In this document: positions 48,389 through 58,800 of the stretch, in pieces
Numbering within the stretch: the stretch's first letter is position 1
Layout: every line of letters begins with the position of its first letter
DNA from: Thermodesulfovibrionia bacterium
GTDB lineage: Bacteria > Nitrospirota > Thermodesulfovibrionia > UBA6902
Direction: 5' to 3'
Length of the DNA stretch: 64,000 bases
NCBI GenBank assembly: GCA_947259645.1
Contig: CAMYND010000002.1
Span: 2,544-66,543, forward strand
Translations under genes and position numbers: made by a program
Notes under the pieces: generated by a model
The model's database searches: none
What the model was told of the DNA's origin: nothing
What the model saw: only the letters and a program-made list of their open reading frames with translations

Positions 48389-48393
48389 ATTAG

Positions 48394-49005
48394 ATGGACC
48401 TGCTGGGCAAAGAATACACGATTTCCTTCTATAACAGATCATTGAGCATGCACGGGGATTACCCTGAGGCTGTCAATTGGACACCTGAGGGTCAGCGCCT
48501 GAGATTCGAGACAATGCTGAAGATCGACGGGGAGATGAGCGGAAAGAAAGTTCTGGATTACGGTTGTGGAAAAGGCGATTTTTACCAGTTTCTGAAACGC
48601 AGGAATATAGCGGTATCGTATTCAGGCTTTGATATAAACGAAATGCTTGTAAGCGTGGCAAGAAAGAAATTTCCAGAGTGTGATTTCAGGGTATTTGATA
48701 TTGATGAAAATGAACTTGATGATGAATTTGATTATATTTTTCTCAGCGGCGTGTACAATTTGAAGATTGAAGGTCTTGTTGAAACAGCGCAAAGATCTCT
48801 GTCAAGGCTTTTTAAACGATGCAGGGTGGCCCTGGCATTTAATGCCCTGTCCTCTCATGAACGAAAAAAAGACACCGTACTGCAATATTTTCACCCTTCT
48901 GAAATGTTCGACTTTGCAGTCAATAATCTCTCACCATACGTGTCCCTGTTCCATGATTATGTGCCCTGTGATTTTACGCTCTTTGTCCGCAGAAACTCTC
49001 TATAA
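48394..49005 (+). CDS. Class I SAM-dependent methyltransferase
   Basis: VLDYGCGKG, YSGFDIN, FDYIFLSG. Confidence 0.85.
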   Translation: MDLLGKEYTISFYNRSLSMHGDYPEAVNWTPEGQRLRFETMLKIDGEMSGKKVLDYGCGKGDFYQFLKRRNIAVSYSGFDINEMLVSVARKKFPECDFRVFDIDENELDDEFDYIFLSGVYNLKIEGLVETAQRSLSRLFKRCRVALAFNALSSHERKKDTVLQYFHPSEMFDFAVNNLSPYVSLFHDYVPCDFTLFVRRNSL

Positions 49006-49252
49006 TAAAGGGCAGTTCTGTTTTTCACTCCAGTTCCCGATCCTGAGATGTGAGCCCCGGCTGACAGTCCCTTTACTGGTATAAGAAATATTTATTTCGA
49101 ATTTTGCCGGGTGTTTTTTTGTTTTAAAAAATTCTGATCCTTGCTATTATTTTAAGCGTCATATGATATACTGTTATCCAATTAGAGAGTGTCATCATTC
49201 TGACAACCTAAGCGACGATATAATTTAACTTCAATCTTAAGGAGGAAAGTAG

Positions 49253-50533
49253 ATGAAAAAGAAGTTACTTGCAATCAGTATTAGTATCTGTACTGCAGTA
49301 CTTATGATGGTGTTGAATGTATCTGCAGAAAACCGGAAAGGTGCAATATCCCTGACTCCGATGATCGGTGGATATGTCTTTGACGGTGCCCAGGACATAA
49401 ACAGTGATCTGCTCTACGCTATCGGACTGGGATATAACTTGACGGAACGCTTTGGAATTGAGGGTGTTTTTAGCAGGATTGACACAGACATGAAGGGTCC
49501 TGACCGGACTATTGATGTAGATTCCATGATATCACACGTGGATGGGCTCTATCATTTCATGCCGGAGTCGGATGTAGTCCCCTACATCGGCGCCGGACTG
49601 GGGTATATTGATATAGAGAGCGATCGGGGTGAAAATCACTCCAGCTGGTTAGGTAATTATGGAGCTGGTGTTAAAGTAGCTATTACGGAGTCTCTGGCAG
49701 CTCGAGGAGATGTTCGCCATTTGGTAGACTTTGATGGCGGAAACAGCAACCTGGCGTATACATTAGGTTTAACAATGCTCTTTGGCGGAAAAACAGAACA
49801 GCCGCCCATGGACAGTGACGGAGACGGTGTTACCGACGATATGGACAAATGCCCGGGCACTCCCGCAGGAGTTGCAGTTGACAGCAAAGGCTGCCCGCTT
49901 GACAGCGATGGTGACGGCGTCACCGATGATAAGGATAAATGCCCCGGAACTCCGGCAGGAGCCGCAGTAAACAGCAGTGGCTGTCCGCTGGACAGTGACG
50001 GAGACGGTGTTTATGACTACCTTGATAAATGCCCGAGGACACCGGCCGGAGCAGCTGTAAATAAAGCAGGCTGCCCGCTGGACAGTGACGGAGATGGCGT
50101 ATACGATTATCTGGACAAGTGCCCCGGGACATTGAAGGGAATATCTGTTGATTCCGTAGGATGCCCGATTCCAATTAAGGAAAAAGTGTCCATTGAGCTG
50201 AAAGTGGAATTTGCTCTGAACAGTGCTGTTGTCACGAGCATATATCAGGACCATATACAGAAGGTCGCTAACTTTCTGAAAACATATCCTGACACTATCG
50301 CAGAAATTGAAGGGCACACAGACAGCACCGGAAGTGACCAATATAACATGAGTCTGTCTCAGAAAAGAGCGGAAAGTGTTATCGCTAAAATCAGGAATCT
50401 CGGAGTGTCGCCGTCCCGCCTTAAAGCTATTGGCTACGGGGAATCAAGGCCCATAGCTGACAACAAGACAAAAGAGGGAAGGCAGAGAAACAGGAGGGTT
50501 GTCGCGCTTATAGTAACTATTGTAACCAAGTAA
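49253..50533 (+). CDS. OmpA-family protein (beta-barrel + TSP3-like Ca-binding repeats + OmpA_C)
   Basis: Signal peptide, DSDGDGV..DKCP repeats, IEGHTDSTG..N..LSQKRA..NRRV; strong RBS. Confidence 0.92.
   Translation: MKKKLLAISISICTAVLMMVLNVSAENRKGAISLTPMIGGYVFDGAQDINSDLLYAIGLGYNLTERFGIEGVFSRIDTDMKGPDRTIDVDSMISHVDGLYHFMPESDVVPYIGAGLGYIDIESDRGENHSSWLGNYGAGVKVAITESLAARGDVRHLVDFDGGNSNLAYTLGLTMLFGGKTEQPPMDSDGDGVTDDMDKCPGTPAGVAVDSKGCPLDSDGDGVTDDKDKCPGTPAGAAVNSSGCPLDSDGDGVYDYLDKCPRTPAGAAVNKAGCPLDSDGDGVYDYLDKCPGTLKGISVDSVGCPIPIKEKVSIELKVEFALNSAVVTSIYQDHIQKVANFLKTYPDTIAEIEGHTDSTGSDQYNMSLSQKRAESVIAKIRNLGVSPSRLKAIGYGESRPIADNKTKEGRQRNRRVVALIVTIVTK
49811..50170 (+). repeat. Four 90-bp coding tandem repeats
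   Basis: gacag(t/c)ga(c/t)gg units start at 49811, 49901, 49991 and 50081. Confidence 0.9.
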
Positions 50534-50573
50534 TTCGTGCTGAGCACTGATACTGCTGGAGATTGACTGATAG

Positions 50574-50628
50574 GCAGTCATGAATAGTGATGAACATTGT
50601 TGCTATTCATGGCTGCTTTTTTATTTTG
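50574..50628 (+). terminator. Rho-independent terminator after ompA-like gene
   Basis: gcagtcatgaatag ... ctattcatggctgc followed by tttttt. Confidence 0.75.
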
Positions 50629-50690
50629 TAACACGACAGAGGATGAGTCATTATAATCGGGGCGTTGGCCGGCTTCGGAATTAACAGCCG

Positions 50691-51446
50691 TTATTTAATT
50701 ATACGTCTCCTCATAAGCCTGAACGGGTAGGGGGCTAAGAGAACGGCAACCACACCTAACCACAGGAGATCCCAGAGGACAGTGAATACATTTCCGGCTG
50801 CAAAAGCTCGGAATATGTTTACAACATGGTAGAGGGGGGTGAAAAACGCAATCTTGTCAACAACAGGGGACAATGAATCTATAGGGAAAAATATTCCGGA
50901 AAAAAGGAAGCTGGGAGTTATGATTAGTGTGAAGAAGTAGGTGAACGAGTCGATGCCCGGAACAAGGGCAACCGTTATAACTGCGACTTCCGCGAATATC
51001 AGGCCGCTTATGAAAAGAACGGGTATAGCAAGTATTATTGCGGGTGAATTGACCAGACCAAACCCGGATATCACGATGGTGATGACAGTCCCGTACAGAA
51101 GACTCTTGGTGGCACCCCAGAGGAGTTCTCCCCCGACAAGGTCCTCTAAATTCACCGGTGTTGCCAGTATCGCGTCAAATGTTTTCTGGTATGTCATACG
51201 TACATACGTACCATATGTGCATTCGGACACCGTTGCAAACATGGATGACGATGCGATCAGCCCGGGTGCTATAAAATTAATATAGGGCATTCCGTTTATT
51301 TCCTTCACATAAGCTCCAAGACCCAGGCCAAGTGCAAGCAGATACATGACAGGTTCCACAAAGTTAAAGACAAAACTGGATTTGTACAGCTTCCGGTATA
51401 CCGTAAAGTTTCTCTGCCAGACCCGAAAAGCCCGCTTGATATTCAT
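50691..51446 (-). CDS. ABC-2 permease (NodJ-like)
   Basis: VWQRN, EPVMYLLALGLGLG, QKTFDAILATP, SGIFFP. Confidence 0.88.
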   Translation of the reverse strand: MNIKRAFRVWQRNFTVYRKLYKSSFVFNFVEPVMYLLALGLGLGAYVKEINGMPYINFIAPGLIASSSMFATVSECTYGTYVRMTYQKTFDAILATPVNLEDLVGGELLWGATKSLLYGTVITIVISGFGLVNSPAIILAIPVLFISGLIFAEVAVITVALVPGIDSFTYFFTLIITPSFLFSGIFFPIDSLSPVVDKIAFFTPLYHVVNIFRAFAAGNVFTVLWDLLWLGVVAVLLAPYPFRLMRRRIIK

Positions 51447-52207
51447 GTCAGTTTCTGCCCCTGAAGTGACATATCATGCACGCGAAGGTCCTTGCCCGTT
51501 AACTGCAGGTATACATCTTCGAGGTTTCCTCCATATCTGGACATCAGATGTGAGGGTGAGTCGATCACCTTGATCTTTCCTGAGTCCATGATAGCTACCC
51601 TGTCACACATTTGTTCCGCTTCCTCCATGTAATGGGTTGTTACCAGGAGTGTTATACCCTGTGCCTTGAGAAGGCTTAATTGCGCCCATACATCATGCCT
51701 GCTGCGGGGATCAAGGCCTGTGGTTGGCTCGTCAAGAATGATTATTTCGGGATCATTAATCAGTGCCCGCGCCAGAAGTAGCCGTCGTGTCATCCCGCCG
51801 GAGAGATCTTTTATGTTCACATTGACTTTCTCTTCCAGCGCAACGAAATCAAGCAGTTCACGGGCCTTCCTTTCTGATTGATCTTTTGGCAGATCAAAAT
51901 ATCGGGCATATACAATCAGGTTTTCAAGTACGGAAAGATCAGGATCAAGGTTATTGTCCTGGGGCATTACTCCGATTCTAGACTTGATTTTGCTCGGTTC
52001 TTTTGTTGTATCAAGGTCAAAAACTCTGATTTTTCCTGATGTTGGGGGCATGAAACAGTAAATCATTCCCATAACTGTTGTTTTACCGGCGCCATTGGGA
52101 CCAAGAAAACCGAAGCATTCTCCTTTTCTGATCTCAAAATTGATAGCATCAACCGCCGTTAACAGGCCATAGCTTTTTGTCAGTTCTGCAGCGGTAATAA
52201 TGTTCAT
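51443..52207 (-). CDS. ABC-2 ATPase (NodI-like)
   Basis: GPNGAGKTT, LSGGM, DEPTTGLDP, TTHYMEEAE. Confidence 0.9.
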   Translation of the reverse strand: MNIITAAELTKSYGLLTAVDAINFEIRKGECFGFLGPNGAGKTTVMGMIYCFMPPTSGKIRVFDLDTTKEPSKIKSRIGVMPQDNNLDPDLSVLENLIVYARYFDLPKDQSERKARELLDFVALEEKVNVNIKDLSGGMTRRLLLARALINDPEIIILDEPTTGLDPRSRHDVWAQLSLLKAQGITLLVTTHYMEEAEQMCDRVAIMDSGKIKVIDSPSHLMSRYGGNLEDVYLQLTGKDLRVHDMSLQGQKLT

Positions 52208-52257
52208 TTTGTAATTATACCATCCGGGATGTGGTTGGAAGTGATGAGGCGGGTAAT

Positions 52258-52650
52258 CTATAGAGAATCAATGTGGATATCCTTAGGGGATATCTTTTTC
52301 TCAAGATATCGTTTCAGATGCTTTGCTATGATGTTTCTGGAAACCGGGATGACCATGACAAATCCGATGATGTCAGTGAAAAACCCCGGCGTCAGCAGGA
52401 GGGCCCCGGCAACCAGTATCATTGCCCCGCTGATCAGTTCGTCACCGGGAAATTCACCCTGGTTCATCATGTTCTGAATTCTTGATAACACACCGAGGCC
52501 TTCAAGCCTGACCATATAGGCGCCGACTACAGCAGTCAGAATAACAATCATCGCTGTGTTAAGAACACCAAAAAAAGAGCCGATTTTGATCAGTATTGCA
52601 AGCTCGACAACGGGAATTACCGAAAATAGAAGAAATAATTTAAAAAACAT
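52258..52650 (-). CDS. fxsA: FxsA family membrane protein
   Basis: PVVELAILIKIG, GALLLTPGFFTDIIG. Confidence 0.9.
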   Translation of the reverse strand: MFFKLFLLFSVIPVVELAILIKIGSFFGVLNTAMIVILTAVVGAYMVRLEGLGVLSRIQNMMNQGEFPGDELISGAMILVAGALLLTPGFFTDIIGFVMVIPVSRNIIAKHLKRYLEKKISPKDIHIDSL

Positions 52651-52679
52651 AATAGTATCATTAAGAGAAACTGAGGATG

Positions 52680-53069
52680 TTACTTCTTTTTTCCCTTCAC
52701 GATAAGTATAACAGCACCGGTAATAAATAAAAAGATAGAGATAGAGAAAGGGATGATGCGCATCAACGTTACCCGTCCTTCGAAATATTTGCCATTGTGA
52801 AATGAGACCGGAAATGTATGGGGGTGGTTCATCAGATAATCCGCAACATCTGCGGGTGTGTACCCGGTCTTATATGCTCCCTCCAAATCAAATCCAGAGT
52901 CAGCCGACAGTTTTTCTGCCACTTCCTTCACTGACCTTTCGATTCCCTCCCGCAGAATAATTTTTACTGGAAAAGATCCCGGTTCTTTTTCAAACGTGGA
53001 TAGTGTGAAGTAAATCCATACACTGAGCAGAATAAATATTAAGCCAACAGCTATATTCCTCTTGTTCAT
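52680..53069 (-). CDS. Hypothetical 2-TM protein
   Basis: Hydrophobic segments at both termini; GAGGG RBS. Confidence 0.6.
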   Translation of the reverse strand: MNKRNIAVGLIFILLSVWIYFTLSTFEKEPGSFPVKIILREGIERSVKEVAEKLSADSGFDLEGAYKTGYTPADVADYLMNHPHTFPVSFHNGKYFEGRVTLMRIIPFSISIFLFITGAVILIVKGKKK

Positions 53070-53217
53070 TCAGAACCCTCGCAGAGCATGTCCGATACAG
53101 GCTATACCATATGTTCAGCTTAATACATATTATACCCTATCATTCAGCATCCGCAGGTGTCAACGCAAATATGACAGGAGGCTGTACGTCATAAGGAGAG
53201 AAGAAATAAGATGGGTT

Positions 53218-54027
53218 TCAGGCGTTTAGAGAACCGTCAAAAATGCTTTTTGCCTCTCTGAGCAACATGTTATGCAGTGCGGGAGCTGAACAAATAATGT
53301 TGCCTGATTCGAGGTAGTCATTACCGCCGTTAAAGTCGGTAACAATTCCTCCGGCTTCCCGAATGATCAGGCTGCCGGCTGCTATGTCCCAAGGGCCCAG
53401 CCCGAGCTCAAAAAAACCGTCGCATCTTCCGCAGGCAACGTGGGCAAGATCAAGTGCGGCTGAACCTGCTCGTCTGATGTCGCTGACCTGATGAAAAATA
53501 TTTTTAAAGAGTTTCAGGTAGTCATCGATCATCTCTTTTTTGCGGAAGGGAAATCCTGTCGCGATCAAACTCCCTTTCAGATCCGGGCAGGAGGAAACAT
53601 GACATTCTTTTCCATTTAAATAGGACCCATTCCCTTTCTCCGCGGTAAACAGCTCATCTCTGAGCGGGTCATACACAACTCCGATGATCATATCGCCATC
53701 ATACTCCAGGGCTATGGATACAGAAAAAACAGGATACTGGTGTATGAAATTCGTTGTTCCATCGAGAGGGTCAATAATCCAGCGGTATATTCCTGTCTCT
53801 CGTGCAGATTCTTCAGCGAGAAAGTGGTGGTCAGGAAATTTATCCCGTATAGTTTTTAAAATGATTTCCTCTGACTTTCTATCAACTGTCGTAACAAAGT
53901 CAGAGGCCTGCTTGATATCAATGTCTCTTTCGGATATCCTGCCAAGGTGATTCATAATCACGTCACCGGCAAGCATCGCCGCCCTGAAGGCGGTACCGAG
54001 AAATTCGCTGCTATTGCTATTGTTCAT
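53218..54027 (-). CDS. suhB: Inositol monophosphatase family
   Basis: DFVT, WIIDPLDGTTNF, RRAGSAALDL, WDIAAG. Confidence 0.92.
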   Translation of the reverse strand: MNNSNSSEFLGTAFRAAMLAGDVIMNHLGRISERDIDIKQASDFVTTVDRKSEEIILKTIRDKFPDHHFLAEESARETGIYRWIIDPLDGTTNFIHQYPVFSVSIALEYDGDMIIGVVYDPLRDELFTAEKGNGSYLNGKECHVSSCPDLKGSLIATGFPFRKKEMIDDYLKLFKNIFHQVSDIRRAGSAALDLAHVACGRCDGFFELGLGPWDIAAGSLIIREAGGIVTDFNGGNDYLESGNIICSAPALHNMLLREAKSIFDGSLNA

Positions 54028-54683
54028 GTTCGTCCCCAGACAATAATGTGGCGGTCACTGACAGCTTCTACCTTCAAATGTTCAAGATGGAAGTTTTGTA
54101 TCTGCTGACGGACCTCTTTTATAGTATAGGCAGCGAGAAGAGAATTGTAAAAGTCTTTTTTGAGTATCTCCGGAGCTTCTGCAGCGTGAAGGGATACCAG
54201 GTCGCGGGCTTCTGCGGTAGTTTCCGGACGAAAAAGGTCCATCATAAACAGACGGGAGTCATGCTCTGTGCACTCGATCGCAGTATTCCATAATGTGCCG
54301 GGGTCTGCTAAATGGTGAAGAAGACTGTTTGATATAACAGCGTTAAACTTCTTAGTGGAAAGGTTCCTGTCAGGTAAATAACAGTTCAGAACACGGACGC
54401 GGCCATTCAGTTCTGCTGCGCTAATATCCTTTCTGGCAATATCAAGCATAGCCTTAGAACCATCAACTCCGGTTATATGAACAGAAGGATATGCAGTGGC
54501 GAATCTGATCGTCACATCAGCCGCGCCGCAGCCCAGATCAAGGACATCCCCCTCTGTGAAATCAGGAAAACGGTCCTTGAAGTATTGAACAAAGGCATTA
54601 TGGGGTTCAGAGAAATCTGCCGCGGCATAAGCCCTGGCCTGTTCAACTCCACCCATGATGTCAGGTTCCGGAATGCGGTTCAT
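54024..54683 (-). CDS. Class I SAM-dependent methyltransferase
   Basis: MNRIPEPDIM..QARAYAAADF, VLDLGCG, SNSLLHH; start 54683 preferred. Confidence 0.85.
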   Translation of the reverse strand: MNRIPEPDIMGGVEQARAYAAADFSEPHNAFVQYFKDRFPDFTEGDVLDLGCGAADVTIRFATAYPSVHITGVDGSKAMLDIARKDISAAELNGRVRVLNCYLPDRNLSTKKFNAVISNSLLHHLADPGTLWNTAIECTEHDSRLFMMDLFRPETTAEARDLVSLHAAEAPEILKKDFYNSLLAAYTIKEVRQQIQNFHLEHLKVEAVSDRHIIVWGRT

Positions 54684-54739
54684 TATTGATAATACCAGTC
54701 CATTGGTTTCTCTTTTCCAAAGAGATAGTACTAGATTTT

Positions 54740-55792
54740 TCAGCCTGCAGCGGCTTTTTCTTCCCACTGGCTTTGAATATCATATGTGCCGTGCCTTCTG
54801 AAATTCCTCTTGAGACTGAGAATATCATCTCCAACGCAGTTTTCAAGAGAATATTCACCCATCTTTTCCTCGTTCTGCAGGTAGTACAGATAGCCGATCT
54901 CTTCAGGTTCAAAACCGATTAAACGGGCGCCCAGGCCGTCCGCCTTCACAGGGTCTGCCGAAGCAATTGCCACTCCCATCTCAACGGCAGTTCCGTCAAC
55001 AGGACCGTCACCTTCCATGCAGACGAAGCCGTCAAGGACAACGAGGTCAGGCCAGGTCCTCTTTGCGAACTCAACTATGTTCCGGTGAATCATCTTAACG
55101 CTCCTGCGGTATGTCGGGTACTGCCTGAAGAGAAAATTAATGAGCCAGTTTGGCAGGGTCCTCCGTGCTCTTGAGACAGTTCCCGGCGGCAGCTTATCCA
55201 GTAGGGTTTTTGGTGCGTCCACTTCGATTCCGCCTTTCATGCCGTGAATCATTGCCATGTCCTGTCTTAAAACGAGGCCCGCCATATTTTTTATGCCAAA
55301 AGTTGCAACGGCAAAATTGTGAGTTTTCGGAATGGATAACGATATCCTGTAATCAAAGGCATCTATTCGCTTTGAAATCCTTAAATGCGTGTCACCGACA
55401 ACGGAATGGATAGGGCTCTCGATGACGTCTGTATCACTATCAAAGTCGGTTAGGGTGACATTGGTAAAGTTCTTCTCAAGACTGTAATAATTATAATCTT
55501 CATATACCTTCGTGGTGGGCAACCCCCGGTAAAAGGCAGTAGCGGAACTTTCCCCTACTGTTATCGGTGTGTCAGGGGCAATTTTTCTTACCTGTTCAAT
55601 TACAGCTTCTACCGCCTCCACATGGGTATTGGCAAAGTCAGGCTTCAGTGCAACAAGGTTAGGTTTTATCAGAATGTTCTTTGCATGCCTGATTGAATCA
55701 AGTTCGTCCTCGATAAGGGACAGGCATGCCTTGATGTTTTCTTTACGGTTGTCGCCCTTAACAAGGGCAGCTTTTTTCTTGATGCTCATCAT
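54740..55792 (-). CDS. DUF362 domain protein
   Basis: LIKPNLV, VGES, PKTH, GIKNM.G, MEGDGP..G, DPVKAD. Confidence 0.85.
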   Translation of the reverse strand: MMSIKKKAALVKGDNRKENIKACLSLIEDELDSIRHAKNILIKPNLVALKPDFANTHVEAVEAVIEQVRKIAPDTPITVGESSATAFYRGLPTTKVYEDYNYYSLEKNFTNVTLTDFDSDTDVIESPIHSVVGDTHLRISKRIDAFDYRISLSIPKTHNFAVATFGIKNMAGLVLRQDMAMIHGMKGGIEVDAPKTLLDKLPPGTVSRARRTLPNWLINFLFRQYPTYRRSVKMIHRNIVEFAKRTWPDLVVLDGFVCMEGDGPVDGTAVEMGVAIASADPVKADGLGARLIGFEPEEIGYLYYLQNEEKMGEYSLENCVGDDILSLKRNFRRHGTYDIQSQWEEKAAAG

Positions 55793-55872
55793 ACCTCCAT
55801 AATCGTGGGAGCTGTATTCAACGGATCGTGACCGAGTAAAAAGAGAGAAATACTGTTTTGCCTGTCCAGCCG

Positions 55873-58800
55873 TTACCTGAAAATACAGGTGTCCTTTACA
55901 TAGTCAAGTGATCCGTCGTTTGCCCAGAAATCAAGCAGGGCAGGTTCTTTCAGCTGCTGGCCGCGGTACCGTGAAACTGCCGCGTATTCCACCTTCAAAT
56001 CTCTCAGGGAGGTCATATCTCCCCACAGTTTTTCAAACTGGGCTACAGGAAAAAGATCTTCCTGTCCCTTTCCCCATATATAGTTTACATTTTTTATCGT
56101 GACATAGGTCGGTATTTTTTTTTCAAGACGAAGAATTGCATCAGAAACAATCCTCTCTAACTCAGGGTTTCCACAGGCCTTCAGTAGAATGTCCCGGTCG
56201 AGGCCGATATAGGCGAGGAGTGAATCAATAGTAATCCAGTTTGTGAGCGTGTTGTAGTAACTGAGTCTGTATTCATCCTCTTCCCGCGGCAATGCCATCC
56301 CCTCTATCAACTGAACATGTCCCTGTAGCCTGCACAGTCCCCCACCGGCATCTTCAATGCGTCTCGGCGTGACCTCAAATGTCAGGCATGGTTTTCGAAT
56401 TATATGCAGACCGAGAAGGGTCGGGTCGAGCCACACACCCATGGTATCGATGTTGTGACAGAGCAGGTACTTAAGACCGGGATTGTCAATTATCAGTTGC
56501 GCGAGTGTATTGTTTTTTATAAGATTCGGTATCTCATACCAGTGGCCTAACGGGTTAAACCTGAGAATGGGTTTATTTTCAGAATAATCATCCCCTTCTC
56601 CCTTTGATTTGGCCCAGTCTATCAATGCCCTGTGACTGTCATCCTGAACTCTTTGCACATTATCTGCAAGTTGTTGCTGAAGCTGTTCTTCCCAGAGGAA
56701 ATTCAAATCCCTTTCCATGGGATAGACCCGGTGACCGATAGATTGAGAAGGCGACAAATATATCTGTTTTTTATATCCGAAATAATCAAAGCTTTCCAGA
56801 TACCGGGCAACAGCCTCATGTGTCAGGTAGCTGGTAGTAAAGACATGCTGCACCCGATTATTGTATTGAGTTCCGGTTTTTATGGTTTTCGCCAGATGAG
56901 TCTCGATAAAAGACCGGTATTTTCCCTGAATGCGTACAAACGGGTTAATTGACTTTACAACAGCTGAACCACCTGACCAGCGGCTTCCCATGCCTCCTGA
57001 AAATGACACTACCGCAGTTTCATTAGCCTTTAATGATATCTCTCCTGTACGGAAACAGTCATCGAGAGAAATGTCTCTGGAAGGCCCATCGCTCTGATAC
57101 TCCTTTGCAGAGGGCGGCTGAGGGGAACCGGTTATCTGCTCAAGATGAAACAGGTCATCGTAGAGGACATCTTCTATGACTGAATCTGCAGAAAGCCGGT
57201 TTTGCGCGAGGCCTATTTCGCCCTTTTTTAAAAGAGACTTCATGTAATCATGAGAATCAGCGTCAAATCCATATTTAGCTTTTATCTCCTCTTCACCCTT
57301 TTTCGCACCGGATAGTGCGGCTTCAGACGTAACGTCATTTCCTGGCATCTCCGGAAGCAAAGCATCCTTTCCAAAATATAAATGTGCAGTAATTCCCTCG
57401 TGATTTATCTCAAAGTCATAGAGTATTGGATCGATGATAAAGGGAAATGATGACCCATATTTAGCTTTCAGCTCAAGCATAATCTCGCCAATCCGTTTCA
57501 TAACGGGTTCTTTGGCAGATGGATCAACGATAAATGCCATACCGCCTCCTGACATGCCGCCGAGCATCAGAAAGCCCCAGTATTGATGAGGAAACTCGCT
57601 TTCTATTCTTTCAATGAGTTCCTGTGTAAAGGCGTTATTGATCCAGGGAATAACAGGCTGCAGCGCTTCCTCCCAGTCCATGGTAGTAAGTCTTCCCAGC
57701 TCTTTCATATTACCAGATTTCAGGGCCGATACTATTTTGTCGTACAGCTCGATACCTCTTTTTCTCGCCCTCCATTCCTTCTCATATTTCAAAAGGTATT
57801 TTTCTGTGACCATCTCCAGCACCGGGCCGACATTCTGGGATATGCCTCCGTGGATCAGGACCAGAGAATTATGAATATTATTCTCTGCCTCCTTTGACAG
57901 TTCTTCACCAGAAAAGATTCTGTGCTCCGGAAGCAGACAACCTCTGCTGATGGTGTACTCGGGCTGACCCTCATGGGCAGGGACTCCGGTAATCAGTTTT
58001 ATGCCCGGCCATAAACCGCCTGAGTCCTGCCAGCCTCCTCCTGAACCTCCGAGCCACTCTCCAAGAATTGCGCGTGAAGCTACAATTCGCCTGTCCCTGT
58101 TTGTCAACAATCCAGTCTGTTTATTTATCTGGCCGCTGAACCTCATCAACCGCGTTATAATGGTTGCAAGAAGAGTTGTGCTGACGGCAAGGCGTGATCC
58201 TTTGGGGATACTGTTAACCCTTGTTACTATCTCGATCCCGCCTGGTTTGCCGAGTAGTTTATGAAGAATATTGTTCAGGTGAATGTCCAGTTTTTCATAT
58301 GAGGGTGGTATGATCCCCGAAGCAACAACGCCGGCCTTTAGAAGTGAGAGATGGTCGTTTCCGAAACTGAATAATTCCTTTACGTCAGAAATATCTTTTG
58401 ATATATGCAGGTCAATGGACGTCAGACGAATTATAGGCTCCCTGATAAAGCGGCAGTAACATTCAGATGGCGGCAGCAAAGGGCCTTCGCTGCCATGGAC
58501 CTTCAGGTTTACAGAGAGGTTGACCACACGGGCACCCTCGGGGAAATCCATGCCGAGAAAGAAAATATCTGACCATCCGCTATGAGATGGGTCGAGTCTG
58601 ACCGGGGAAGCATCAAAGCCAACGGGGTAAAGGCCTGTGTCACTGTCCTGCGTTGTCAGAAGAGGCGGAGCTCTGAAGGGATAATCATCAAGGCTGCTGA
58701 AGGCATAAAGATCATGATTTTCATCGCACTGACTGATTGACAGTTTGACCTGGGCCAGTAAATAGTCAAAAGCCAGTTTGTGGTATGAATCGGCAATGGC

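Noticed and set aside
49811-50170. CRISPR-like array
   Set aside because: The repeats are in-frame coding units of OmpA with no unique spacers and no cas genes.
50691-52207. Nod-factor export
   Set aside because: NodIJ-like ABC-2 pairs are widespread and no nodABC is present.
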